Assembly (NCBI GenBank): GCA_964500205.1
Contig: CAZCNS010000001.1
Location: 433,000 to 496,999 of the forward strand
Origin: an uncultured Chryseobacterium sp.
GTDB taxonomy: Bacteria; Bacteroidota; Bacteroidia; UBA10329
Direction: 5' to 3'
Length of the DNA: 64,000 bases
Position 1 is the first letter of the stretch. Each line of letters starts with the position of its first letter. The translations under genes were made by a program, and so were the position numbers. Positions 26,991-36,030 of the stretch are shown here, piece by piece. The notes beneath the pieces are model-generated. The model saw nothing but the letters and a program-made list of their open reading frames with translations. It was not told the DNA's origin and did no database searches.

Positions 26991-27221
26991 ATGCGACCAC
27001 TCCTGCTACATATTGAAGACAGCAAGTACAAGGCGTTCCTCTCCTATGTGAGAACGCTCGACTACGTGTCGGTCGATGAAGGGGATGACATTCCGCAGTG
27101 GCAACAGGACGAAGTGGCCCGAAGACTCGAACTCATCGAATTGGGCAAGATGACTGCCCGTAGCTGGGATGAGGCATCCAAGGATGTTTTCAGGAAGTTG
27201 GGAGTGCTGAATCAAGCTTGA
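26991..27221 (+). CDS. Putative addiction-module component (TIGR02574-like small antitoxin-type protein), with no adjacent RelE/ParE toxin
   Basis: The C-terminal half (..IPQWQQDEVARRLELIELGKMTARSWDEASKDV..) matches the W-Q-x-E-L-x-R-R-L...G...SW-EE pattern of that family. The stop overlaps the next ORF start (ATGA). Confidence 0.5.
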   Translation: MRPLLLHIEDSKYKAFLSYVRTLDYVSVDEGDDIPQWQQDEVARRLELIELGKMTARSWDEASKDVFRKLGVLNQA

Positions 27222-27475
27222 AATCAGTCTTGCCCCGCACCACGCTTTCGTTCCTTGTCGCTCTTCTGGTTTCCCTCTGGCACAACGCCTCCGCACAGGA
27301 AAAACGGCCAGCCAAGAATGACGTCATCATCACCATCGCCTGGCCCTGCGCCTTGGCCAAACAGACCGATGCGGGATACAATGACGTGGCCCGCGCCTTG
27401 GGCATCAACCGCAGGGGCTACTACCGTGCGGGCCATGCTCACCAAAGCCTCCTTTTGCCGACCTGCAACGAATAA
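27218..27475 (+). pseudogene. 5' fragment (signal peptide plus about 55 aa) paralogous to the 28603..29673 gene, truncated at the Fic gene insertion
   Basis: At the protein level, DVIITIAWPCALAKQTDAGYNDVARALGINRRGYYRAGHA aligns with DFIITIAWPRALAKQTDAGYNDVARVLGINRRGYYRAGHA of the downstream gene. DNA identity is about 85% over about 150 nt, with an abrupt loss of similarity after ..ggccatgc at about 27437. Confidence 0.55.
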
Positions 27476-27492
27476 GCCGTACATTCGTTGCA
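27464..27492. repeat. Perfect 10-bp inverted repeat (tgcaacgaat / attcgttgca, 9-nt loop) at the junction between the pseudogene fragment and the Fic gene
   Basis: The palindrome is read directly from the sequence. It lies between the point where paralog similarity ends (about 27437) and the probable Fic start (27506). Confidence 0.6.
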
Positions 27493-27505
27493 TGATCTGC
27501 ATCGA

Positions 27506-28606
27506 ATGAGCGTGTTCATACATCAGCGGGAGGCTTGGCCGGAGTTCACCTGGAAGGCGGGCGAGTGCATCAACCTGCTGAGCGAGGTGAGGATACTGCA
27601 GGGCCGTCTGGTGGGTCGGATGGAGTCACTGGGCTTCGACCTGAGGAACGAGGCCACGCTTGAGACCCTGACGCTGGATGTTGTGAAGTCCACGGAGATT
27701 GAGGGTGAGATACTGAACCCCGATCAGGTGCGCTCCTCCATAGCAAGGAGACTGGGGATGGAGATCGCGGGGGCGGTGGATTCGGACAGGAATGTAGACG
27801 GGATGGTGGAAATGATGCTTAATGCCACGCAGCACCCCTCCGAACCGCTGACCGCTGAAAGGCTGTTCGGCTGGCATGCCGCCCTCTTCCCGACAGGGAG
27901 AAGCGGGATGTATAAGATCACGGTGGGCGACTGGAGGACTGACTCCACAGGCCCGATGCAGGTGGTGTCTGGGGCCATGGGCAGGGAGCGCGTGCATTTC
28001 CAGGCACCCGATTCGGCATTGCTGGACAAGGAGATGGACAGGTTCCTGGGCTGGTTCAACTCCGACAGCAGTCTTGACCCCGTGCTTAAGGCTGCGATCG
28101 CCCATCTGTGGTTCGTGACCATACATCCGTTCGATGACGGGAACGGCCGCATCTCCAGGACATTGACCGACATGCTGCTGGCACGGTCGGACAGCAGTAC
28201 TCAGCGGTTCTACAGCATGTCGGCCCAGATAAGGGTGGAAAGGAAAGGCTACTACGCGATACTGGAGAAGACCCAGAAGGGTGACCTCGACATCACGGGA
28301 TGGGTGGTGTGGTTCCTCACCTGCCTTCTCAGCGCGCTGCGGGCTACAGAGTCCGTACTGAACCGGGTGCTGCACAAGGCGGATTTCTGGAAGAGACATG
28401 CCGACACGCCCCTGAACGAAAGACAGCGGAAACTGCTGAACAAGGTGCTGGACGGCTTTGATGGAAAGCTGACCTCCTCCAAATGGGCCAGGATGGCGAA
28501 ATGCTCAAAGGACACCGCGATCAGGGATATCAATGACCTGATGGACAAGGGCATATATAAGAAGGAAGAGGCCGGGGGAAGAAGTACGAGTTATGAATTG
28601 AGGTGA
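27506..28606 (+). CDS. Fic family protein (AMPylase/Fic-DOC) with an N-terminal DUF4172-like region
   Basis: It has the canonical Fic motif HPFDDGNGRISR. The N-terminus (MSVFIHQREAWPEFTW) is typical of the Bacteroidota Fic subfamily. The ORF-track start at 27488 is 6 codons upstream. Confidence 0.9.
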   Translation: MSVFIHQREAWPEFTWKAGECINLLSEVRILQGRLVGRMESLGFDLRNEATLETLTLDVVKSTEIEGEILNPDQVRSSIARRLGMEIAGAVDSDRNVDGMVEMMLNATQHPSEPLTAERLFGWHAALFPTGRSGMYKITVGDWRTDSTGPMQVVSGAMGRERVHFQAPDSALLDKEMDRFLGWFNSDSSLDPVLKAAIAHLWFVTIHPFDDGNGRISRTLTDMLLARSDSSTQRFYSMSAQIRVERKGYYAILEKTQKGDLDITGWVVWFLTCLLSALRATESVLNRVLHKADFWKRHADTPLNERQRKLLNKVLDGFDGKLTSSKWARMAKCSKDTAIRDINDLMDKGIYKKEEAGGRSTSYELR

Positions 28607-29673
28607 GCGACAGCAGACCACAGCAGGATTCCAAGCATTTGAGACGCATCTGCACCTTGCTCCGCTTTTCCCTTTCCCTGCTGCTCTTTCTTTCCGCCAG
28701 GGATCTTCCTGCGCAGCAACCTGCCGCCAGGGACGACTTCATCATTACCATCGCCTGGCCCCGCGCCCTCGCCAAGCAGACCGATGCGGGATACAATGAC
28801 GTGGCCCGCGTTCTGGGCATCAACCGAAGGGGATACTACCGTGCAGGCCATGCCGCCCTCATCCTTGTCAACTCCGCAGACAGCTCCTGCCACTACTTCG
28901 ACTTCGGACGGTATCACGCGCCCTTCGGCACGGGCCGCGTGCGCAGTGCCACCACCGATCACGACCTCATCCTCCGCACCAAGGCCCATATCCAAGGAAG
29001 CAAAATCCTCAATTTCCGCGAGCTATTGGAAGAGGTGCTGAAGAACCCTTCCAGCCATGCCAGCGGGCCGATGTGGGCCGGATATGTGCGGGCAGACTTC
29101 CGGAGCGCGGTGGAGGCCGCAGAACGTCTTCAGGAAGCGAGCCCGACCGTCTACGGGCCCTTCGTGAAGGGCGGCACCAACTGCACGCGCTTTGTGCGCA
29201 CCGTGGCGCTCAAGGCGAAGATGCCGCTGGCCCATCGCGCACGGATGGCCGTGGTGCCGATGCTCACCCCCACGCCCCTGAACAACGTGGCCGCGCTGTG
29301 GCACCACGTGCGCATACCGAAGAAGGAGAACGTGGTGCTGGAGGAATGCAAGGTGCGCAGATACTGCCCGCCTGTGCTGCTCGACACCACCCTGCCCGCG
29401 CCCCCACGGCCCGTCAACGTGCCTGACGATGCGCAATGGGTGGCAGGGGAGACGGGCGGCTCGTGGTTTCATCTTCTAGCAGATGGCGATGGTTTTCGAC
29501 TGAACCGCTATTGTGCAGAAGGAGAACTTGAATGTACCAATATTCTTACGGTGAACGGTTCGGGGAAAAGTCTTGATGCAGGCTATCGAATCATCCCGAT
29601 GAGCCACTGTACCGAAGTGCGGGTGCTGGTCGGTCAACGCGAAACCGTGCTTTCCGCTGCAGCGCACAAATAA
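28603..29673 (+). CDS. Secreted hypothetical protein (full-length paralog of the 27218 fragment)
   Basis: It has a signal-peptide-like N-terminus (..LLRFSLSLLLFLSARDLPAQQ) and a conserved IITIAWPRALAKQTDAGYNDVARVLGINRRGYYRAGHAALILVN block, with several Cys/His residues downstream. I recognise no family. Its start overlaps the Fic stop. Confidence 0.5.
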   Translation: MSDSRPQQDSKHLRRICTLLRFSLSLLLFLSARDLPAQQPAARDDFIITIAWPRALAKQTDAGYNDVARVLGINRRGYYRAGHAALILVNSADSSCHYFDFGRYHAPFGTGRVRSATTDHDLILRTKAHIQGSKILNFRELLEEVLKNPSSHASGPMWAGYVRADFRSAVEAAERLQEASPTVYGPFVKGGTNCTRFVRTVALKAKMPLAHRARMAVVPMLTPTPLNNVAALWHHVRIPKKENVVLEECKVRRYCPPVLLDTTLPAPPRPVNVPDDAQWVAGETGGSWFHLLADGDGFRLNRYCAEGELECTNILTVNGSGKSLDAGYRIIPMSHCTEVRVLVGQRETVLSAAAHK

Positions 29674-29679
29674 CAAGAA

Positions 29680-30078
29680 TCACTCTGAAGTGGGCAGCCC
29701 CACTTCCTCTTCACTTTTCTCGGAATTGGTTGGGTCGTGTTTGCCCGAAAACGCATACTTGGTGAATCCCGCTACATTCATCACCCCCATGGCCATGTAG
29801 TGCGGCAGGGCGAACAATGTTTCGAGAAAAACACCCTTGGGCCTCCCCAACCGCTCCTCACAGGCACGGCCTATGTAACTCATACGCCACCAGTGCTCTG
29901 ACCAGCGACCCTCCGCCCCATGCTGGAAGACCTCCCGCCCCGTGATGCGGATGCACTCCACATGCCCCCTGTGCGAACAGGGGATGTAGGAATCCGCAGT
30001 GTCGGTCTGACCCTGCACCGAAATTGGAAGGGACAGAAGCCATAGCAAAAACGATAAGCCGAGAATCCGTGTCATCAT
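29680..30078 (-). CDS. Small secreted hypothetical protein
   Basis: It has a signal peptide (MMTRILGLSFLLWLLSLPISVQG) and a Cys/His/Trp-containing mature region of about 110 aa. No family was recognised. Confidence 0.4.
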   Translation of the reverse strand: MMTRILGLSFLLWLLSLPISVQGQTDTADSYIPCSHRGHVECIRITGREVFQHGAEGRWSEHWWRMSYIGRACEERLGRPKGVFLETLFALPHYMAMGVMNVAGFTKYAFSGKHDPTNSEKSEEEVGLPTSE

Positions 30079-30083
30079 GGCAT

Positions 30084-30863
30084 TCAGAAGAGGAGTTTCG
30101 ATGGGTCGTGGATAAGGATGGACCTCCGGTCGAAGTTGATGAGACCCTCCTCGCGCAATTCGTTGAGGATGGTGGTCACCGTCTGCCGCGAGATGGCCGT
30201 AAGGCCGCCCATGTCAGAATGCGTGAGGCCGTGCGATACCTGCACCGAACCACCCGCCAGCACCCTTCCATAGGTCTCGGCCATGTCCATGATGAGCTGC
30301 AACAGCCGTGTGCGCGCATCGTGCAGCACCAGCGATTCCATGCGTCTCGCAGTGCGGAAAAGGCGGTCTGAGGCAAAGCGCGTCACACTGATGGCGAAAT
30401 CCGAATGCCCCTCCATCACGCTCAGCACATCGGCCAGCGGCAGCGAATAGAGGCACACGGGCGACATCGCCACCACATTGTCCGTGCGCAGCCTGTGACC
30501 CAGCAGGGCCGTCTCGCCCGCGGTGTCGCCAGCGGTAAGCACCTCGCGTATCACCTCGCGGCCGTCTTTCCCATAGTTGCTCAGTTTCACCTGTCCCGTA
30601 CAGATGAAGAACAGCGTCTCGGCCTCATCGCGGGCCTGATAGAGGTAATCGTCCTTCTCCTTGCTGCGCGGCATCAGCAGGTCAACAAGACGCTGCTTTC
30701 CGCTCGGATGCAGTCCTTTGAAGAACGGATGGCCGTTGAGCCATTCCAGCCGCGCCTGCACGGCATCGGTGTCCTTGGTGCGTCCACGTCCCGTGTCGGC
30801 CCCGCCTGTCTGCCTCCGTTGGGTCGGAGTGGCTGAGATGACCTGTTCCTCACATTGCAACAT
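30084..30863 (-). CDS. Crp/Fnr family transcriptional regulator (cNMP-binding domain plus C-terminal HTH)
   Basis: The effector-domain pattern is ..YLYQARDEAETLFFICTGQVKL..DGREVIREVLTAGDTAGETALL.. The C-terminal HTH is ..HSDMGGLTAISRQTVTTILNELREEGLI... The first about 40 codons are atypical, so the real start may be downstream or a non-ATG codon. Confidence 0.75.
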   Translation of the reverse strand: MLQCEEQVISATPTQRRQTGGADTGRGRTKDTDAVQARLEWLNGHPFFKGLHPSGKQRLVDLLMPRSKEKDDYLYQARDEAETLFFICTGQVKLSNYGKDGREVIREVLTAGDTAGETALLGHRLRTDNVVAMSPVCLYSLPLADVLSVMEGHSDFAISVTRFASDRLFRTARRMESLVLHDARTRLLQLIMDMAETYGRVLAGGSVQVSHGLTHSDMGGLTAISRQTVTTILNELREEGLINFDRRSILIHDPSKLLF

Positions 30864-30889
30864 GACTCAGTGGTTTTCGGGTGATGGGC

Positions 30890-31510
30890 TCAGAGCTGCG
30901 CTGCGATGTCCTTGATGCGCGCCCGTTTCTTGTAATCGGTGTCGAAGTGCCGCCATTTCACCTTACCGTCCTTACCTATGACGTAGGTCGCTGGCACAGG
31001 AAGTTGCACCTCCGCCTCACCGTCCGCGTGCGATTCTTTGAAATCTGCGCCCAACATGGTGTTGTACATGCCCTTCTCTGTGGCCGATGGCTCGAAATTG
31101 ACCCCGTAGGCCTTCGCCACCGCGTGATTGGTGTCTGACAGCAGGCGGAAACCTGCATTCACCTTCTCCTGAGTCCGTTTCAGGAATTCCGATTTCTGTG
31201 GTGAGATGGCGATGACGGTCGCGCCCTTGTCCGTGAGCAGGCCCAGGCTGTCCTGCAACGCGCTCAGGTGGCGGTTGCAGATGGGGCACCAGTGGCCTCT
31301 GTAGAAGATGAGTACCACGGGGCCGTCCTTCAGTGCATCGCTGAGGGCAAAGGGCTGTTCGTCCTGGTCGCTGATGCGGAAATCAGGCGCGGCCGTGCCT
31401 ACGGGCAGCCCCTGCGGGTCGCCTTTCAGGTTCTTGGTGCTGCGGTACATGAATGCGTAGCCTGCGAACAGCGTGATGAGGATGAGGGGGATGAGCAGGT
31501 ATTTCATTTC
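30890..31510 (-). CDS. Peroxiredoxin-like redoxin (AhpC/TSA family), membrane-anchored
   Basis: It has an N-terminal TM segment (MEMKYLLIPLILITLFAGYAF) and the motif ..PVVLIFYRGHWCPICNRHL.. (thioredoxin fold, CxxC). The start was taken at the internal Met; the ORF track extends to 31585. Confidence 0.7.
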   Translation of the reverse strand, partial: EMKYLLIPLILITLFAGYAFMYRSTKNLKGDPQGLPVGTAAPDFRISDQDEQPFALSDALKDGPVVLIFYRGHWCPICNRHLSALQDSLGLLTDKGATVIAISPQKSEFLKRTQEKVNAGFRLLSDTNHAVAKAYGVNFEPSATEKGMYNTMLGADFKESHADGEAEVQLPVPATYVIGKDGKVKWRHFDTDYKKRARIKDIAAQL

Positions 31511-31622
31511 CATGTCCTGTGTGAATTGATGGTTGTACAGAACCGATTGTCGTTGCAACATCGGTTTCCTGACAGCCCTGGGCATTCTTCTGCGTGACAG
31601 ACGATTCGCCTATCTTCGCAAC

Positions 31623-31943
31623 ATGGTGGAGAAGAAACGTCTGTTGCAGAATGTCCTCGACCGCGTCCATTCGGTCGATGCGCGTGGCGAGGTGTATCTC
31701 TTCGGCTCCCGTGCCCGTGGCAATGCGAGGCGCGATTCTGACTGGGACATCCTCATTCTACTCGACCGACCGCTGCTCACATCTGCGGATGAGAATGCCA
31801 TCATGGACAGGATATATGACGTGGAGATGGAGACGGGCGAGGTCATCTCACCGCTCATCTATCCCAAGTCCGAATGGGTCTCAAGATACCGTGCCACCCC
31901 GCTTTTTGCTGAGGTGGAACGTGATGGTGTGCCTGTGTCATGA
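31623..31943 (+). CDS. Nucleotidyltransferase-domain protein (MNT, antitoxin-type partner of HEPN)
   Basis: It has the GSRARGNARRDSDWDILIL motif (GS-x9-11-DxD) of minimal nucleotidyltransferases. It overlaps the downstream HEPN gene by 4 nt. Confidence 0.8.
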   Translation: MVEKKRLLQNVLDRVHSVDARGEVYLFGSRARGNARRDSDWDILILLDRPLLTSADENAIMDRIYDVEMETGEVISPLIYPKSEWVSRYRATPLFAEVERDGVPVS

Positions 31944-32350
31944 CCGAGGGAGAAGGGCTTCGCGAACTTGTGGACTATCGTCTGGAACGGGCACGGGAGA
32001 CCTACGCGGATGCCAAGATTCTTGCGGAACACGACCGCTGGAACTCAGCCATCAACAGACTTTACTACGCATCCTACTATGCGGTGACGGCACTGCTGCT
32101 GCACAGGGGAGTCACCCAGACCACGCACAACGGGGCGAAACGTAATTTCTCCCTTCATTTCATCACATCAGGAAAGCTGGAGCGCGAGCATGGGGTCATC
32201 TACTCACGCCTCTTCAACTGGAGGCAGAAGAGTGACTATGACGACCTGTTCGATTTCACGGATGAGAAGGTCAGTCCGTATTTCCAGCCTGTTGCTGCAT
32301 TGATTGATGCAGTCGCAGCCATCATAGAATCGGAACGGAGCGAGGGCTGA
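31940..32350 (+). CDS. HEPN-domain protein (toxin-type partner of MNT)
   Basis: It has the ..AINRLYYASYYAVTALLLHRG.. helical pattern and the R-x4-H-containing HEPN motif region. Its start ATG overlaps the MNT stop (ATGA). Confidence 0.75.
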   Translation: MTEGEGLRELVDYRLERARETYADAKILAEHDRWNSAINRLYYASYYAVTALLLHRGVTQTTHNGAKRNFSLHFITSGKLEREHGVIYSRLFNWRQKSDYDDLFDFTDEKVSPYFQPVAALIDAVAAIIESERSEG

Positions 32351-32358
32351 GTTCCCAT

Positions 32359-32595
32359 CTATTCCATCGCCCCCTTTATCCGCGTCTTCACCACTTCCAA
32401 CTCCTCTGCAGTCACGGGGGCATTGCCTTGGGCCGCGATGGCCCTGATGATGGCCTCGCGCTGCTTCTCATAGTTCCTGCACGCACTGCACATCATGGTG
32501 TGAAGCGAGAGGCGCAGCAGCTCAAAACGGCCCAGCAGCCCCTCCTCCTTCAGTTCCATCAGCTCTGTGGCCTTCTTGCACGAGGTCATCAACAT
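32359..32595 (-). CDS. Small soluble zinc-binding anti-sigma factor of the ZAS/zf-HC2 type
   Basis: It is 78 aa with a C-x26-H-x3-C-x2-C arrangement (..TSCKK...LRLSLHTMMCSAC..) matching the HxxxCxxC ZAS signature. It lies 25 nt downstream of the ECF sigma gene. Confidence 0.6.
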   Translation of the reverse strand: MLMTSCKKATELMELKEEGLLGRFELLRLSLHTMMCSACRNYEKQREAIIRAIAAQGNAPVTAEELEVVKTRIKGAME

Positions 32596-32619
32596 TTCAG
32601 TAGTGGTATGTGTGGTGTG

Positions 32620-33177
32620 TCATTTGGCGCTGAACCACCCTTTCTCCAGGCATTCGCGAAGTTGCAGCTTCGAGCGGTGGGCCATCTGCCAGTAGTTGGT
32701 CGTGGTGATGCCCAGTTCCTTACAGATGGCATCGGCCTTTTTCTGCTCAAGATATTTCAACCGCAGCACGGCAGCCCAATGCTCGGGCAGGTGGCCCATG
32801 CAGCGGGCAAGCACGCTGTTGAAATCAGGGTCGTCCAGCAGCTCGGTGTCGCCCCAGTCGGCAGGACGGTGGTCGTCCAGCCACATCTCGCGCTCATCGA
32901 AGGGCGCGGGGCCGTCATGGTCCATGCTCACGTGCGGATTCCTGAACGCCTTGCGGTAGTGGTCCATCAGCTTGTGGCGCAGTATGGAGAACAGCCACGT
33001 GCGCGAGGAGGATTCCTCCTTGAACTTCTCCAGCCCCTGCATGGCCGCGAGGAACGTCTCCTGCACCAGGTCCTCGGCCAGTTGCGGGTCGTTCACCCGC
33101 TGACGGGCATAGCCCAGCAGCTCGGCCGTGTGGGCGTCCACCCATTGCGTAAGCTGCTGCCGTTGCTCCTTCTGCAT
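32620..33177 (-). CDS. ECF (sigma-70 family group IV) RNA polymerase sigma factor
   Basis: Region 2 is ..AEDLVQETFLAAMQGLEKF......WLFSILRHKLMDHYR... Region 4 HTH is ..AAVLRLKYLEQKKADAICKELGITTTNYWQMAHRSKLQLRECLE... The start was taken at MQKEQRQQLTQWVD.. (33177). Confidence 0.85.
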   Translation of the reverse strand: MQKEQRQQLTQWVDAHTAELLGYARQRVNDPQLAEDLVQETFLAAMQGLEKFKEESSSRTWLFSILRHKLMDHYRKAFRNPHVSMDHDGPAPFDEREMWLDDHRPADWGDTELLDDPDFNSVLARCMGHLPEHWAAVLRLKYLEQKKADAICKELGITTTNYWQMAHRSKLQLRECLEKGWFSAK

Positions 33178-33328
33178 CACGCACAAATGTAGCAGAGGCC
33201 GCACAGGCAGCGTTGCCTCGGCCCCCGAACTGTCAGCTATCGGCATTCAAGGCAGTGAAGGGTCCTGCACCCGTGTCAGGAACGTGCTCCAAGCCGCGAC
33301 CATCCCCCCGAACTAAAACAACAGACAC

Positions 33329-33751
33329 ATGAATACCGCAATCAAGCAATCCGTGATAGGTGGCCTGGCCGCCACGGCCGTGATGACCGCAGTGATGATG
33401 GTGGCGCCCATGATGGGCATGCCCGAGATGAACCCGCCCGCCATGCTCGCAGGCATGATGGGCCTGCCGCTGGCCGTGGGCTGGATGATGCACTTCATGA
33501 TAGGCGTGATGTTCGCCCTCGCCTACGCCCTGCTGCTGGAGAAGCCCCTGCGCAGGCTGGGCAACAACCTGCTCAAGGGCGCGGCCTTCGGACTCATCGC
33601 CTTCGTGTTCGCGCAGGTGGCCATGGGTATGATGAGCCTCGTGATGAGCCCCATGCCCGCACCCGAGGGTGGCATGATGCTGATGATGCTCGGCAGCGTC
33701 ATGGGCCATGTCATCTTCGGCTTGGTGGTGGCGATGTTCGTGAAAGAGTAA
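33329..33751 (+). CDS. Extremely Met-rich small integral membrane protein (about 31 Met in 140 aa), unknown function
   Basis: It has four predicted hydrophobic helices with recurring MxxM/MMxM clusters (AVMTAVMMVAPMMGMPEM, MLAGMMGLP, VGWMMHFMIGVM, GMMSLVMSPMP, GGMMLMMLGSVMGH). It is divergent from the ECF sigma/ZAS pair. Confidence 0.6.
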   Translation: MNTAIKQSVIGGLAATAVMTAVMMVAPMMGMPEMNPPAMLAGMMGLPLAVGWMMHFMIGVMFALAYALLLEKPLRRLGNNLLKGAAFGLIAFVFAQVAMGMMSLVMSPMPAPEGGMMLMMLGSVMGHVIFGLVVAMFVKE

Positions 33752-33882
33752 GGGCATGCCTTGCGGCAAAGAAGGAAGGGGAGGGCCGAGGTTCTCCCCT
33801 TCCTTGCTTTTAAGAAAACGTGAATTGTCAGGAATCGACATTCCGAGCGTCTACTCACATGGGCTACTAAAAGACCCGCAAC

Positions 33883-35367
33883 ATGGCATTGTCGCTAAGG
33901 CATCTTGGGGCAAGGGTGTTCATCGCAATCTATCTGGGGCTGGCGGTGCTCTCGGGCTATTTCATCCATGAAGGCTACTACGGTGGCCTGCAAAGGGCCG
34001 AGCGCGCAGAGCTGTCGCGGCTCAAGAGCATCACCGCCACGCTGGCCATGCAAATGGATGCAGACGAGTTGGCCGCCCTCTTTGCCCGCCATCCGCTCCA
34101 GAACGCGGACACAATGCTGTTGCGGCATGACACTGTCTATCAGCGGTATGTGGCCCTATTGCACCGCGCATTCGAGGTCAACGAGCTCAAGACCCCCGTC
34201 TATACCCTGACCCGCGACCCCGTGGCGGGGCAGCTGTTCATAGGCTTGGCGAGTAACGGCCCGCAGGTCTATGGTCTGCACTACGATTCGCACGTGGAGG
34301 AGCATCTGGAAGTGTATGCCACGGGCGGTGCCATTCCGCGCTATGAGGACGACTACGGCACGTGGCTCTCGGCCCTCTGCCCCATCGTGGACAGCGAGGG
34401 CAACGTGGTGGCCGCGCTGGAGGCCGACATCCCCTTCGACAGCTTTGTGATGTATGCCCGCGAGGACCTGCTGCGCAATGTGCTCTACGCGCTGCTGCTC
34501 TTTGTGGCGGTGGGCGCGGTACTCACGGTGTTCATCCGCAGGGTGCTGCAAGAGGATTCGGCCAACCGTACGGCACTGGACGCGGCCCATCTGCGCATTG
34601 CCCGCAAGAAGGAGGACCTGGAGAGCAGCATCCGCTATGCGGCCACCATACAGGCCAACATGAACCCTGCACGGGGGCAGCTTGATGATTTCCTGCGCCA
34701 GCATACGGTGCTTGACCTGCCGCACGGCACGGTGAGCGGTGATTTCCACTGGTTCCACCGCCTGGGCCACGACCGCGCCCTGCTGGCCGTGAGCGACTGC
34801 ACGGGCCACGGGGTGCCTGGCGCGCTGATGAGCATCATGGGCCACAATTTCCTGCACGGAGGCATATTGCTGGGCCACCGCAATCCCAAGGCGCTGCTGG
34901 AGCACCTGGACTGCAGGGTGTGCGAGACCTTCCACAGCAGCGGCAACAGCACGGACGGCATGGACATCGGCATCTGCCTCATAGACCGCAAGGCAGGCAC
35001 GGTGACCTACTGCGGGGCCAAACGCCCGCTGACCATCATCGGAGAAAACGGAGTGCAGACCGTGGAAGGCGCAAGGCGCAGCATCGGTCAGGCCGAGCTG
35101 CTGGGTGGTTCCATACCATTTGAGGAGACCACGCTGCCCATCGGCCCCGATGACGCGCTGTTCCTCTACTCGGACGGCATTCAGGACCAGTTCGGTGGCC
35201 CGAAGAACCGCAAACTCGGTCACCGCACCCTGCTGCAATGGCTGACGGAAGCGGCCGCTGCACCATTGGATGATTCCACCTCAGAAATGCTCACTCAGCG
35301 CATCCGCACGTGGCAGGGCAGCGAGGAGCAGACGGATGACATGTGTTTGGTGGGGTTCAGGATTTGA
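33883..35367 (+). CDS. Membrane sensor PP2C-family serine phosphatase (SpoIIE/RsbU-like)
   Basis: Two TM segments flank an extracytoplasmic domain of about 170 aa. The C-terminal PP2C/SpoIIE motifs are ..SGDFHWF.., ..AVSDCTGHGVPGALMS.., ..LFLYSDGIQDQFGG.., ..QTDDMCLVGFRI. Confidence 0.8.
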   Translation: MALSLRHLGARVFIAIYLGLAVLSGYFIHEGYYGGLQRAERAELSRLKSITATLAMQMDADELAALFARHPLQNADTMLLRHDTVYQRYVALLHRAFEVNELKTPVYTLTRDPVAGQLFIGLASNGPQVYGLHYDSHVEEHLEVYATGGAIPRYEDDYGTWLSALCPIVDSEGNVVAALEADIPFDSFVMYAREDLLRNVLYALLLFVAVGAVLTVFIRRVLQEDSANRTALDAAHLRIARKKEDLESSIRYAATIQANMNPARGQLDDFLRQHTVLDLPHGTVSGDFHWFHRLGHDRALLAVSDCTGHGVPGALMSIMGHNFLHGGILLGHRNPKALLEHLDCRVCETFHSSGNSTDGMDIGICLIDRKAGTVTYCGAKRPLTIIGENGVQTVEGARRSIGQAELLGGSIPFEETTLPIGPDDALFLYSDGIQDQFGGPKNRKLGHRTLLQWLTEAAAAPLDDSTSEMLTQRIRTWQGSEEQTDDMCLVGFRI

Positions 35368-35514
35368 GAGGAAAATTAAAATAGGGAATGGTCGCGAGCT
35401 AGAGGCGTTATGCGGTCATCCACCTGACACAGCGGCTGTTTCCGAATCAAAGGCTGTCAGGAACGAGAAGGCGCGGCTACTGCCCCTTTACCAACCAAAT
35501 CCTCTAAAAAATAC

Positions 35515-36030
35515 ATGACCATGAGAAAGACAACTTACGTGATGCTCGCTGCCGCCATGTTCTGCGGCACTGCCCTTATCCAATCCTGCTCGGAGGACGA
35601 TGAGGAGGAAATGGAATTCATTGCCGACAACAGCACCTTCGCTGGTTTTGAAAGCTGGTCGCTCGACTTTCAGGCCGAGGGTGCAGACCCCGCACTGGCG
35701 GCCATGGCCCACGGTGGCAATGACAGCACTGTCACCCGCAGGGTCTATTACAAGGATGGTCAGGCACCTGTGAACGGTGCATATCCCAAAGGCACGGTCA
35801 TCGTGAAACGCTCCACCAGCCCGGGCGGACTGGATGAGGTGACCGCCATGGTGAAACGCGGTGGCGACTTCAACTCCGGTAACAACGGCTGGGAGTGGTT
35901 CATGCTGATGCCAGATGGCTCCATTGCGGAGATGGAGGGTATGCCGGCCCGTGGTGCCAACCTGATGAATGGCATGTGCGGTGGCTGCCACGCGGGTGCC
36001 AACACCGATTACGTTTTCAGTAAATCATAA
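35515..36030 (+). CDS. Cytochrome P460-family-like haem lipoprotein (tentative)
   Basis: It has a lipoprotein signal (..FCGTALIQSC) and a ..GWEWFML.. block. The C-terminal CGGCHAGANTDYVF provides a CXXCH near the C-terminus, as in P460-family proteins. Confidence 0.5.
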   Translation: MTMRKTTYVMLAAAMFCGTALIQSCSEDDEEEMEFIADNSTFAGFESWSLDFQAEGADPALAAMAHGGNDSTVTRRVYYKDGQAPVNGAYPKGTVIVKRSTSPGGLDEVTAMVKRGGDFNSGNNGWEWFMLMPDGSIAEMEGMPARGANLMNGMCGGCHAGANTDYVFSKS

